This document shows positions 10,507-21,110 of a stretch of 23,293 nt of DNA, piece by piece. The translations under genes and the position numbers were made by a program. The stretch covers positions 155,516,976 through 155,540,268 of the forward strand of contig JANKJI020000002.1 in assembly GCA_024626585.2 (NCBI GenBank), read 5' to 3'. Position 1 is the first letter of the stretch; every line of letters begins with the position of its first letter. This DNA comes from Ginkgo biloba (taxonomy: Eukaryota > Plantae > Ginkgophyta). The notes under the pieces were generated by a model, which worked only from the letters and a program-made list of their open reading frames with translations, was not told the DNA's origin and searched no databases.

Positions 10507-11120
10507 ATGAATAAATCCTGGTTGGGTGACAACAGAAGCAGGACACAAATGCTGGAAGGAGTCTTTGAATTATCAAATGGGAACACTCATCTGTATAAGG
10601 AGATAGGATTGCTTGAAAAGCTCTTTGTCATAGACGAATTATAGACAATCATTGAAAAACAAAACAATGAGACATAAAAGTTATGGTTTAACTGGTGCCT
10701 GATATCTCCGCATAGCCGAGAACTCATCCAAAGCAATGCTCAATTGCTCGAGTTCTACAAGAAAAAGATGAAGTTGCTTATGTATGTCTTGTTCTCTGAA
10801 CTGGGATTGTCAAAGAAGGATATCAAGGACCTATCGGAGGATTTAGAGGATTGTTTTGCTTCTGGTAAAGGCATTTTTCATTTGTTGGAGGTATAGTTTG
10901 ATTGGCAGAGGTTGAACGTAATAGTATTATCGAAGGAGTGTTGTCATGGGAGGAACAGTTATAAGAATTGCTGCTAGATTTGCAATAAAATAGAGGTTAA
11001 CTTGCTGAGGTCATTTGGACAACATCCAAGCGATTTGGAGAACCCAACAAGAAAACGTTGCCACCTCGGGTTGTTCACGTCAAGAGAATACAACAGATGT
11101 TTTCACTTCTTGGTCATTAT
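10507..11120 (+). pseudogene. Decayed ORF of unknown function at the start of the retrotransposon internal domain
   Basis: One frame runs about 135 codons with only TAG/TAA interruptions (MNKSWLG...DEL*TIIEKQNNET*KLWFNWCLISP...GIFHLLEV*FDW). It apparently continues after a frameshift (EVERNSIIEGVLSWEEQL*ELLLDLQ...). No recognisable gag motif. Confidence 0.5.
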
Positions 11121-11742
11121 AGTGGTGACGAGTTAGATGAAGAGAAAAAAGGAAGCTAAGCAAGCTTCCATTCTGGAGTCCAAACCTTCAGATTGTGCCA
11201 CTAAGCAAGTGGATGATTTCCTTGTAGAGTCATTACCAACGATTTTTCTCCATACTTGTTGTCTGAAAATGCAACAATAAAGAATGATACGCCAAACACC
11301 TAGAACGATCTATGGAGGTGTTATTGAAGGAAGTAGCTATCCTTGTTGAACAATTTGTCGGAGGCGTCGCCTAGAACCGTTGTTGTTGTTTCCTTGATAT
11401 CCTTTCGACATTGCATATCAACGTACTTTTCACCGATGCCATGTTTCACCGACACCGACACTAAATTGTTGACCGACGCCTATGGGATCACCGGAGGGAT
11501 GGAGGAACAAGGAGGACTTCATCGTTATGTATCGACGTCGACTGGTTCCTGAGCGACACCCACATGATCTCTTCCCAACATTGACAACCGGCGTAAACTG
11601 ACAAAGGAGATCTGATATCTGTCAAAGTTCTTGGTTAGCCATGTTGGAAAAAAAATCGTCTTTCAGAGGAGTGATAACTCATAGAAAGGGGTCCATCCAT
11701 CATCAGAGATTATCGACAAATTTTCTTCATGTCAATTTTTCT

Positions 11743-11838
11743 CAAACTGACGAGCGGGCTTCGTCTTGTCGGTTTGGCCCAAACTGACGGGCGGGCTTCT
11801 TCGTGTCAGTTTGGCCCAAACCAACACAACGAAGGTTT
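11743..11838. repeat. 37-bp tandem repeat with palindromic units (2 full copies plus a partial copy, running into a gap)
   Basis: CAAACTGACGAGCGGGCTTCGTCTTGTCGGTTTGGCC (11743-11779); CAAACTGACGGGCGGGCTTCTTCGTGTCAGTTTGGCC (11780-11816); CAAACCAAC... (from 11817). Confidence 0.85.
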
Positions 11839-12134
11839 NNNNNNNNNNNNNNNNNNNNNNNNNNNNNNNNNNNNNNNNNNNNNNNNNNNNNNNNNNNNNN
11901 NNNNNNNNNNNNNNNNNNNNNNNNNNNNNNNNNNNNNNCTTTACTTGTAAAGGGGCTCCTATTATTTATGAGTATCATCATCATTGGGCATGCAATGATC
12001 TAATCTTTGGATGTCTTCCCACATATTAACAAGAATTGACTCCTAATATCTCATTTATTAGTGTGATTGATCTCGTGCATGGAATGGTTCCACTTTCTCA
12101 ATGTCTATCTAGATTCCTAACTAGGGAATATATA

Positions 12135-13010
12135 CTCAAAACAAGCCTTCCCTGTACATAGTGTGCCCAAGCCAATTTCCAAATGGTGTCAACAATTGAC
12201 ATTTTGTAGAATTTGATGAGATTTCTATCTCTCTGCATCTCTCCAACATGATTCCAAGGTTATCAATATGATCCTTGATGAATCCAAAAATTGATAAGTC
12301 GTCCAATAGATTTCCAAAAAATTATGAATAAGTCCTTAAATATAGACGTAATAATCGTTGAAAATGCAGTTGGTGCATTCGTCATAAGAAAAGAACCCAC
12401 ACACTGATGCAAATGTTGTTTGAATTGAACATCCGGATAAATTTGGACCTCATTATATCCAAAGAACCCATCTATTAAAGAGTAGATATCTCCACTAGCT
12501 ACATTTTCTAAGATTTCTTTTGTGAAGGGGGTTGGGAATGGATCCTTTTTACTCACATTATTTAGCTTCCTAAAGGTTACACAAATCCTTACCTTCCCAT
12601 TTTTTTCTTTGCACGAGTGAAACCCGTTCACTCTACTCCATAGGAAAAACACATCTTGTAGCTAGCAATTTATCAATTTCATCTATCACAACATTCTTAT
12701 CTTTAAATTCATTTGATAAGGTCTCTGCCTCACTAATTTAGATCCTTCCTCTAATTCAATTCTTAGTTCTCCAATTTTCGGTAATAGTCCTTTCAAGTCC
12801 TTGTATCTCAATGCAAAAACATCTACATATTCTCTAAACAAGTCATTTGCTTGAGCCACTGTTGACTCATCCCACTCCACCGACTTCAATTGTTTTGCCT
12901 TCACCTTCATTGCCAATATTCGTAGTTCTTTTCTTGCATAGATCTTGGTTATGCCTATTGTTTGAAGCTTGGGTAGGCTCCTCGTTACAACATAGAAATT
13001 TTGGGCTAAT
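12135..13010 (-). mobile_element. Degenerate Ty3/Gypsy RT, non-chromoviral (second copy)
   Basis: DVFALRYKDLKG..ELRIELEEGSKLVRQRPYQMN; KNGKVRICVTFRKLN..KKDPFPTPF..ILENVA..YSLIDGFFGYNEV; TNAPTAF; frameshifted YLDD (TAT T-G GAC GAC, about 12298-12308); MLERCRE..KCQ..PFG.WLGH. Confidence 0.92.
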
Positions 13011-13941
13011 TTAACCTTGGANNNNNNNNNNNNNNNNNNNNNNNNNNNNNNNNNNNNNNNNNNNNNNNNNNNNNNNNNNNNNNNNNNNNNNNNNNNNNNN
13101 NNNNNNNNNNNNNNNNNNNNNNNNNNNNNNNNNNNNNNNNNNNNNNNNNNNNNNNNNNNNNNNNNNNNNNNNNNNNNNNNNNNNNNNNNNNNNNNNNNNN
13201 NNNNNNNNNNNNNNNNNNNNNNNNNNNNNNNNNNNNNNNNNNNNNNNNNNNNNNNNNNNNNNNNNNNNNNNNNNNNNNNNNNNNNNNNNNNNNNNNNNNN
13301 NNNNNNNNNNNNNNNNNNNNNNNNNNNNNNNNNNNNNNNNNNNNNNNNNNNNNNNNNNNNNNNNNNNNNNNNNNNNNNNNNNNNNNNNNNNNNNNNNNNN
13401 NNNNNNNNNNNNNNNNNNNNNNNNNNNNNNNNNNNNNNNNNNNNNNNNNNNNNNNNNNNNNNNNNNNNNNNNNNNNNNNNNNNNNNNNNNNNNNNNNNNN
13501 NNNNNNNNNNNNNNNNNNNNNNNNNNNNNNNNNNNNNNNNNNNNNNNNNNNNNNNNNNNNNNNNNNNNNNNNNNNNNNNNNNNNNNNNNNNNNNNNNNNN
13601 NNNNNNNNNNNNNNNNNNNNNNNNNNNNNNNNNNNNNNNNNNNNNNNNNNNNNNNNNNNNNNNNNNNNNNNNNNNNNNNNNNNNNNNNNNNNNNNNNNNN
13701 NNNNNNNNNNNNNNNNNNNNNNNNNNNNNNNNNNNNNNNNNNNNNNNNNNNNNNNNNNNNNNNNNNNNNNNNNNNNNNNNNNNNNNNNNNNNNNNNNNNN
13801 NNNNNNNNNNNNNNNNNNNNNNNNNNNNNNNNNNNNNNNNNNNNNNNNNNNNNNNNNNNNNNNNNNNNNNNNNNNNNNNNNNNNNNNNNNNNNNNNNNNN
13901 NNNNNNNNNNNNNNNNNNNNNNNNNNNNNNNNNNNNNNNNN

Positions 13942-14998
13942 TTATGCAAATTAATATAAACTAGATAAAATCTTTATTTTTTTAAATAGCTCATAAAAAA
14001 TGGGATGTCTCCTACTAAGGGTTGGATATGATGCATTTATGATGATTAAGTGTTCTTATGTTGTTAGATATTAATTTCTAACATATGAAAGGACTCCTTT
14101 GCATCATGCAAGCATGTTTTCCCTATCTATCTACAAAAACTCTAAATTGGTGTCTAAGGACAATGTAGCTATTAGTCGAAAGTCTATTGAGGGATCTCAT
14201 TGGTCCTCGTTTGGACAAATGTATGATGTTTACTAGCCCTATGCATGCACACTTTATGGGCTACCTCACAATCGATTGAAAGACACCTATAGAGGGCTAA
14301 GTTGGTGCTTAGGGTTTTACCCTCATTACCGACTCTATGGACTATTGGCATAGCCATAGGGTTTGTTGACCATGCCAATAACTTTTTGGTTCTAAGGCTA
14401 TTGGTGTAAACTTACGATTTGGTGATGATACGAGAAATTACCATAAATATATAACTACCAGTGGGATGGATCGTAACTACTAGGATTATCCTGGTGCCAA
14501 AGAAGGGGTTGAATAGACCCACGCTTGGCACCCTTACTACTATTGGGAGGAGGGGTGGGTCTAGTAGACCAGTCATAGCTATTAGGCACTGACAGTATGC
14601 ATGTTCTGCTACAAGATATTTGGTTGCCAATATAGTGAGCCCAATTACCTAATTCTAACATGTTGCACAATAAATTGACATAAATAAATACTTGCATATA
14701 TACTCATGATTGCAATCATTGTGTATGTAATCATTACAATTGAATGTATGGATGTGTATGTGAATGATGTAATGTGAATATATGCTTCTATCCTTTATGG
14801 AGTTTTTATTTTTAGAAGTTGTAAAAGCTACTTAAAGGCATGAATCATAAATGATTATTGAACTATGGCATATTTAGAATGTTGTGTATGTAAGTACCTA
14901 ATCTATGACATGAAGAAAGATCATCTTACAAGTGGAATGTACTTATTCTATAGGAAAATTATATAGCTTGTTTGCAAGTATAAGGGCATATTGTTACA
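13942..14998 (+). mobile_element. LTR (3' or solo), shared-module copy 2; 5' part lost in gap
   Basis: 14330-14630 aligns by eye with 7240-6979 (minus) and 20020-20170, e.g. GAGGGGTG-GGTCTAG..ACC..TCATA.CTA.TAGGCACTGA. Ends TAAGGGCATATTGTTACA, compared with TAAGGGTGGGTTGTTAAA in copy 3. No PBS follows. Confidence 0.68.
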
Positions 14999-15215
14999 CT
15001 CCTCTAGCACATCTCTATACGCAACTTACTCTTTAAAATAGTGTGCTACAATTAATCCCTCTTGTTGATAGCTTTTCCCTTTCTAGTATTGTCATAAAGC
15101 AATGTTTTTCCTTAAGCTTGCTTGGGAATTTTAAATTTCCTTGTCCTTTTCTTCAATGTCTAATACATTGGTAATGGCAAAAGTATGCATAAACCTCTAC
15201 TTCAATTGTGTCCAA

Positions 15216-15629
15216 TTAAAAGTTTCCTCCTACAAAACACTTATAAAGTATGCCATGTAATCTTGTGATCAATGCATGTACATAAATATCTCCATCTCTT
15301 ACTTCATTTAGGAGATACATACTTCTCCATTTCTTTTCAACTTGTTCTAGGAATTTGTGGGGGAAACCTTCCCCATCATATTGTATGTCCATCAATCTTG
15401 CCCTAGTTTTATTAAATCTCACTACAAGAGTGAGTTCAACTTTCTTCTAGTCTACTTGCATGTACCCAAAGTGAGTATTATACCATCTTGCAACTTGCTC
15501 TTTTAGAGTGAACTCAAATAGACTTGGTTTAAAGTCGGGCTCTATATATTCTATAGAACCAATTGATAAGGTCCAAATGATGAGTTGTTCCATTGTTTGT
15601 CTTCCTTGATAGCTTCTACTGCATATCAT
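15216..15629 (-). mobile_element. Degenerate retrotransposon gag (capsid) fragment
   Basis: Two track ORFs lie in the same frame, separated by a TAG at a Trp position: LFEFTLKEQVARWYNT...VD*KKVE..VVRF. Fits the Gypsy gag pattern F..L...A..WY...W..L...F..RF. Confidence 0.62.
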
Positions 15630-16225
15630 GCTCTTCTCGAGTTTTTGCTACTATTTTGTAGTTATTATGACATTCAAGAAGATTTTATGTACTTTCTTAT
15701 AGTACCATACACGTTTATCTATTTAATGTAGAGTGCTATTGCTCCATAGGGTTATACCATAGCCCTTCCATAGTTGCCAACATGTTGGCTTATAACTAAA
15801 GCATTTTGAAAATATTAAGGTCCAATTCATAATCCTAATAAAAACTTTTACATATATAATATCAAAATGGAGTAAAACTAGAAAGTATGTGAGATGCTAA
15901 AGATTTAAAGTTGAATTGAAAATTTTTGTAATTTTGATATTTTATAAGATGGAATTATTTTTATACCATTATATTAGCACTTACATAACACTATGGTGAT
16001 TGCAGTAAAACATATTCTAAAATTCAAAAAGAAATTCCAAGAAGAGAACACACAAAATAAGAAGGGAAAAACAAATAAAATAAGAATTGAATTTGATTGC
16101 ATGCATGAGATAGTTATGCTTGAATNNNNNNNNNNNNNNNNNNNNNNNNNNNNNNNNNNNNNNNNNNNNNNNNNNNNNNNNNNNNNNNNNNNNNNNNNNN
16201 NNNNNNNNNNNNNNNNNNNNNNNNN

Positions 16226-17515
16226 CATTTTGTTTTCCATTCCATTATTAGATCATCAACATTGACCATGCTTGATGTAATGCTTCCAAAGCTAATAAAT
16301 TTTTCCTCGTATGGTTCAAAATTATCTTTGGCTCAACAACAATAAAGGTTTTTCCTGTTCCATTTTCAACTTCTATCAGTTCTTTCAACTCTTCTTTTGA
16401 AGTGGATTTTCATCTTTAATTATCTTCACTATCTCCTTGTTCTTTATCTAATGGTACATAAAGANNNNNNNNNNNNNNNNNNNNNNTCTATTCTTTTTCC
16501 AAACTTATGGATCCTCTCATTTCTTTGATCCATGGTCTCCCTAACAACACCTTATAGGCATTGCATTTCGATGGCAGAGTTATGGCAGCAAAATCTCACA
16601 CGACCTCTATAACATCTTTACTTTCAGTAGCTAATCTTTTGGAGTTACTTGAAGTTGGTCTACCATTCTTATTATGATCTTGGAATGGACCATCTAAGGA
16701 GAGTGCATTNNNNNNNNNNNNNNNNNNNNNNNNNNNNNNNNNNNNNNNNNNNNNNNNNNNNNNNNNNNNNNNNNTCCACCTTGATCCCTTGGATCAACAC
16801 TCTCACTGAAGGTTCTGCATCCTTTTGCTTAATCAATCTATTGGCCTTCTTGTATTGCTCTCCAACCTTTAATTCTAATAGAGTCTCAATTATTCTACCC
16901 ATCTTTCTCAAGGTTGTTTTCTCTATTGTCAGGTTGATTGATCTCAATCATAATAGTTAATCACTATTTCGGTGTGGGATAATCTTTCTCCTCTTCCTCA
17001 CTTAGTATCGTTCTCTCTACTTCTTGAATTGGCTCTTCAACTTAGAGAGACTTATAACTCTCATCTCTTTCTTTCCCCTATGATTTATGAATCACTTCCT
17101 CAGCATTTACTTCTACGATTTTGGTTCAAGATACTCTTCATCCCTAACCTTAGTTTTACCTTTTACCTTCATCATGTACCTTCTTCTAGGGATAGGTGCA
17201 AACTAATGTCTCCCCTTTTTTTTTGAATCCTTGGGGGTGTGACCTTGTAGTAAGATGCACCTCTTTATTTACCTTCAATTTAGGGTTGGGTTCTTTGCTC
17301 ACATTAGTGTTACTCATTTTTCTCCAGTAGGATTGGGCAATTTGTTGTTTCATGGTCTCCCACTTTAAGAACTTAACATAATTTAACCCCTAGGATAGAG
17401 AAGGCCCAATTTTTTAATTTGTAGCCCCATCCATTTAACTTAAAACACTTGATGACCCTAACATCCCCTATCTCTGTTTCTACTTAAGCTCCAATCTAAT
17501 ACACTTTTGAGGCAC
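16226..17515 (-). mobile_element. Degenerate Gypsy gag C-terminus (zinc-knuckle relics) and aspartic protease
   Basis: IKCFKLNGWGY and LC*VLKVGDHETTNCP are decayed CCHC knuckles. PSVRVLIQGIKV runs into the gap where the catalytic D-x-G would lie. IRMVDQ and YKVLLGRPWI follow (LLGRPW protease motif). Confidence 0.8.
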
Positions 17516-17842
17516 NNNNNNNNNNNNNNNNNNNNNNNNNNNNNNNNNNNNNNNNNNNNNNNNNNNNNNNNNNNNNNNNNNNNNNNNNNNNNNNNNNNNN
17601 NNNNNNNNNNNNNNNNNNNNNNNNNNNNNNNNNNNNNNNNNNNNNNNNNNNNNNNNNNNNNNNNNNNNNNNNNNNNNNNNNNNNNNNNNNNNNNNNNNNN
17701 NNNNNNNNNNNNNNNNNNNNNNNNNNNNNNNNNNNNNNNNNNNNNNNNNNNNNNNNNNNNNNNNNNNNNNNNNNNNNNNNNNNNNNNNNNNNNNNNNNNN
17801 NNNNNNNNNNNNNNNNNNNNNNNNNNNNNNNNNNNNNNNNNN

Positions 17843-18171
17843 CCACTCTTGACTAACAATATTTACTTATATTAGTTTAAGGTAGCCATATGAGGGTCCT
17901 TTCTCACAATATCAATAAGGGTGCCAGGTCCAATGTATCTTTTCAATCCCTTTTTTGCACCAAGAAAAATAAATAGGCTCCACTCTTGACTAACAATATT
18001 TACTTATATTAGTTTAAGGTAGCCATATGAGGGTCCTTTCTCACAATATCAATAAGGGTGCCAGGTCCAATGTATCTTTTCAATCCCTTTTTTGCACCAA
18101 GAAAAATAAATAGGCTCCACTCTTGACTAACAATATTTACTTATATTAGTTTAAGGTAGCCATATGAGGGT
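17843..18171. repeat. Perfect 137-bp tandem duplication (2.4 copies)
   Basis: Units start at 17843, 17980 and 18117 (CCACTCTTGACTAACAATATTTAC...). No mismatches seen. Begins at a gap edge. Confidence 0.95.
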
Positions 18172-18199
18172 ATGCTAGAATAGTCATACATCCCAACCA

Positions 18200-19370
18200 C
18201 CAATCTATGGGTTGTTTTCCATGTGTCACTTTTCCATTAAGAGCACCGTACAATAGGCTTTCCCTTTGTTGCTTAGTAATTTCCCTTTCTTGCTTATCAA
18301 AGCTTCTCCTGGTGGTGCTATTAGTAACTATAGGAACCACCTGCTATCTTCTTCGCTTATCTCATTTCCTTATCTTATTATTTAGGCCAAATTTTCTTGG
18401 AACTGATTGGCTTATAACATGTATAAATGAAAATGTCATGTAAGTCTTCTTTTTGAAACTTTTCTCATATTTTTTAGAGGATCATTTAACCCTTTGTCTG
18501 TAGGCTTTCTTTTCACCCAAGGAAGACTCATTCTCTATATGGAATACATTCCATTTTGTACTATATATCTTATTCCTTTATCTCGATATTTTACTAGCCA
18601 ATCTCTTCATGGCCTCTTGGAGTTCCTTGATTGTTTTGGTAAACTTCATTGGTTTTTTTTCTACCACATCCATTCTTGTCTCACTAACTTCAACCTCCAT
18701 CTAGACTTCTTTCAATAAGGATTCTCTATATGTTCTTGGATTCCCTTGTTTAACTTTAGCTCTTATTATTGGGGTTAATCCTAATACAAACCTATAAACC
18801 GTTTTCTCTTCAAGAATTGTATACGGTAGCTTCCATGTCAAAGATTTAAATCTACCAACATAATCTTTATCAAATTCATATGGCTTTTGTTGCAAATGCT
18901 TCAATTCATTGGAATTTGTATACAAAGACAAGATGAGCACAATATTCCTTGTAAGCTTGCTCAACTTTGCAATTACACATTGCTTTTACTTTACAATATG
19001 AGTCTTAAGTTGATACTCTGAGAGTTGCAATGAACTTTGTCAATTAAATGAATAGGTCTATGGCCCCTCTTACTCTCATATGCATCCATATGTATACAAA
19101 CGCCTTTCTCTGTCTCCATTTCCATCGAAAATAGGGAGATTTAGTGATGCATCAAATATAGGAGATGTTCTCGACTGATTCTGATTTGGTACAGATGCTC
19201 CCAGTATTTAATTTGATTGTGCTCCAAATGTTGCAAAGGATGCCATTTTATTCCTTGACTTTGAAACTATTGGATTTAGCAGACCTCTTCCAAATTTCTC
19301 CCACCTTTTTGCTCTTTCAATTAATGTTTCATCCGTATTAACAATCCCTTCATATTAACTCTCTCTATAT
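18200..19370 (-). mobile_element. Degenerate Ty3/Gypsy gag
   Basis: LPIFDG (about 19120-19138) and ELKHLQQKPYEFDKDYVGRFKSL..L....VYRFVLGLTPIIRAKV..GNPRTY (ORF 18701-18964), the gag major-homology-like and FxxGL motifs. Confidence 0.82.
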
Positions 19371-19377
19371 GCAAGCA

Positions 19378-19912
19378 TTATCCAACCATTGTAATACTCT
19401 CTAATATATTCCTTCCTTTGAAAATAGAAGATTGGGTATCATGAATCATCTCATTCATAAAAGGGGACATTCTTTTTTCTATAGCCTTGGCCATGACTTT
19501 GTAGGAAATTTTGCACAGACTTATCGGCAACCAATGCTTCAACATGGAAGGTTTTGGATTCTTAGGGACCATTGAAATGATAGTTGCATTAATTGTGGGA
19601 TGTTGATATCCTGAGTGTTGAACCTATTCAAAAATCTAAATGAGGATTGGGAACATCTCTTCCTGAATTTCCTTATAAAACTATACTAGGGCCTGGATAT
19701 TTTCCATTATACATCTACTTAAGCATTCCTATAAGTTCTTCTTTTCACACTTTATTGGACGTATTGTCATTTATAATCTGTGCCAAGTTTCTTAATAGAG
19801 GTTCAATCCTAAAGAATAATAAAGTTCCATCTCAGGCTCTTTCTCTTGAAATACTTTTATTGTCCAAACTTGTTTAAAGTGATTTGGAACTTCTACCTCT
19901 ATTTTCTCTTAG
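19378..19912 (-). mobile_element. LINE (L1-like) reverse transcriptase fragment, degenerate
   Basis: GKYPGP (GKxPGPDG-like); INATIISMVPK..KHWLPISLCKISYKVMAKAI..RM...IHDTQSSIFKGRNILESI, matching the non-LTR RT motifs RPISL, YKIxAK and QxGFxxGRxIxDNI. Confidence 0.9.
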
Positions 19913-20012
19913 NNNNNNNNNNNNNNNNNNNNNNNNNNNNNNNNNNNNNNNNNNNNNNNNNNNNNNNNNNNNNNNNNNNNNNNNNNNNNNNNNNNNNNNN
20001 NNNNNNNNNNNN

Positions 20013-20467
20013 ACCCTAGTCATCTAGAATTATCATGATGCCAAAAAAGGGTCTAAATGACCTATGCCCAACATCCTTGAATAAGCGGGATTGAGGGGTG
20101 AGGTCTAGCATACCTCTCATAACTACTAGGCACTGAAGGTTGCATGTATGCATTGGTAGTTTGGTTGCTTGCTTCATTTGATCCCTATAGGCGGTCACCA
20201 TGGCCAATAGAAGGTAGTTGGAACCCTAACTACAAGTTGACCCCGATCTAATAGTTCTTCCTACTGCTAATCTTGATACTGAAACTATTTACTAACACAT
20301 ACCTTAACAAGTTTAAATACCTCTTTTGTATGGGAATTTATCACAGTATTTACTTATTTAGTTCTAAATGAATGACTAGAGTAGCCTCACTCTCTAATGT
20401 AATTGTAAGCTTTATTTCAAGTCTAATCACTTTGTTTTGTAGGTTAGACTAAGGGTGGGTTGTTAAA
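20013..20467 (+). mobile_element. 3' part of a 5' LTR, shared-module copy 3
   Basis: Ends GGGTTGTTAAA (decayed TGTTACA) directly before a Met-type PBS and gag. Homologous to 6727-7100 (minus) and 14470-14998. Confidence 0.78.
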
Positions 20468-20468
20468 G

Positions 20469-20481
20469 TGGTATTAGAGCC
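20469..20481 (+). promoter_or_regulatory. Primer-binding site, tRNA-iMet type
   Basis: TGGTATTAGAGCC is a 12/13 match to TGGTATCAGAGCC (single C>T). Confidence 0.85.
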
Positions 20482-20482
20482 C

Positions 20483-21110
20483 ATGGGAGATTTGATTCTA
20501 AAGATGGAATTTACAATTTTGAAAGAACTACAAGCCGACATGCAAACCATGCGGGTTGAATTTAAGAAATGGAAGGAAGGAGAAGCGAAGCAAGTGCCGA
20601 CTTATTCCTGTCGGAGGAAATGAGAAGAGATGGAAGTCATTGAGGAAGTCCTTACCAAAGTCGCTAAGGAAGAACCCTTTCCATGGGAATGATCTAAAGA
20701 GTAGCCTATAGAGCATGCAAAAGGATTAGATGGTGATCAAGATGCTAAGCACACAAGGAGTCACCAGATATGGAAATTTCTTCAATCCACTAAGTAGGTG
20801 AAGTATGTGCAGATTCCAGAGTATGAATGAACAAAGTCATAGTTCTTCTTTTTTAATATGGTTGAGATCTGTTGAGACAGTCTTCCCCTACTTTGAGATT
20901 ATGGAGGAAAGTTCCTATGGTCACATTTGCACTCCAACGACCTACCAAAGAATGGCATAATGGTGTTCTTACAAAGGTGAATGCTGGCATGAGACCTAAG
21001 GTGACTTCATGGGAGAAATGAAGGAAATCGTGTTGAAGAAATATGCACCACAAAATGATTTGTAGGAGACTTATAATTAGTATACGAAAATTAGACAGAT
21101 AAATATGGCA
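20483..21110 (+). mobile_element. Degenerate Gypsy gag following PBS-Met
   Basis: ATG at 20483 (MGDLILKMEFTILKELQADMQ...). Across frameshifts: WLRSVETVF, KVPMVTFALQRPTKEWH, KVTSWE.MKEIVLKKYAP, a Retrotrans_gag-type pattern. Confidence 0.8.

Noticed and set aside
11743-11838. CRISPR array (37-bp palindromic repeats)
   Set aside because: Units are head-to-tail with no unique spacers, there are no cas genes, and the context is plant retroelement DNA.
13011-13964. 312/315-aa ORFs and other X-filled ORFs in the track (e.g. 17458-17875)
   Set aside because: They are translations of N gaps.
14330-14630. Cassandra-type 5S rRNA-derived LTR core
   Set aside because: No recognisable 5S A-box or C-box sequence, and the LTRs are too long for a TRIM.
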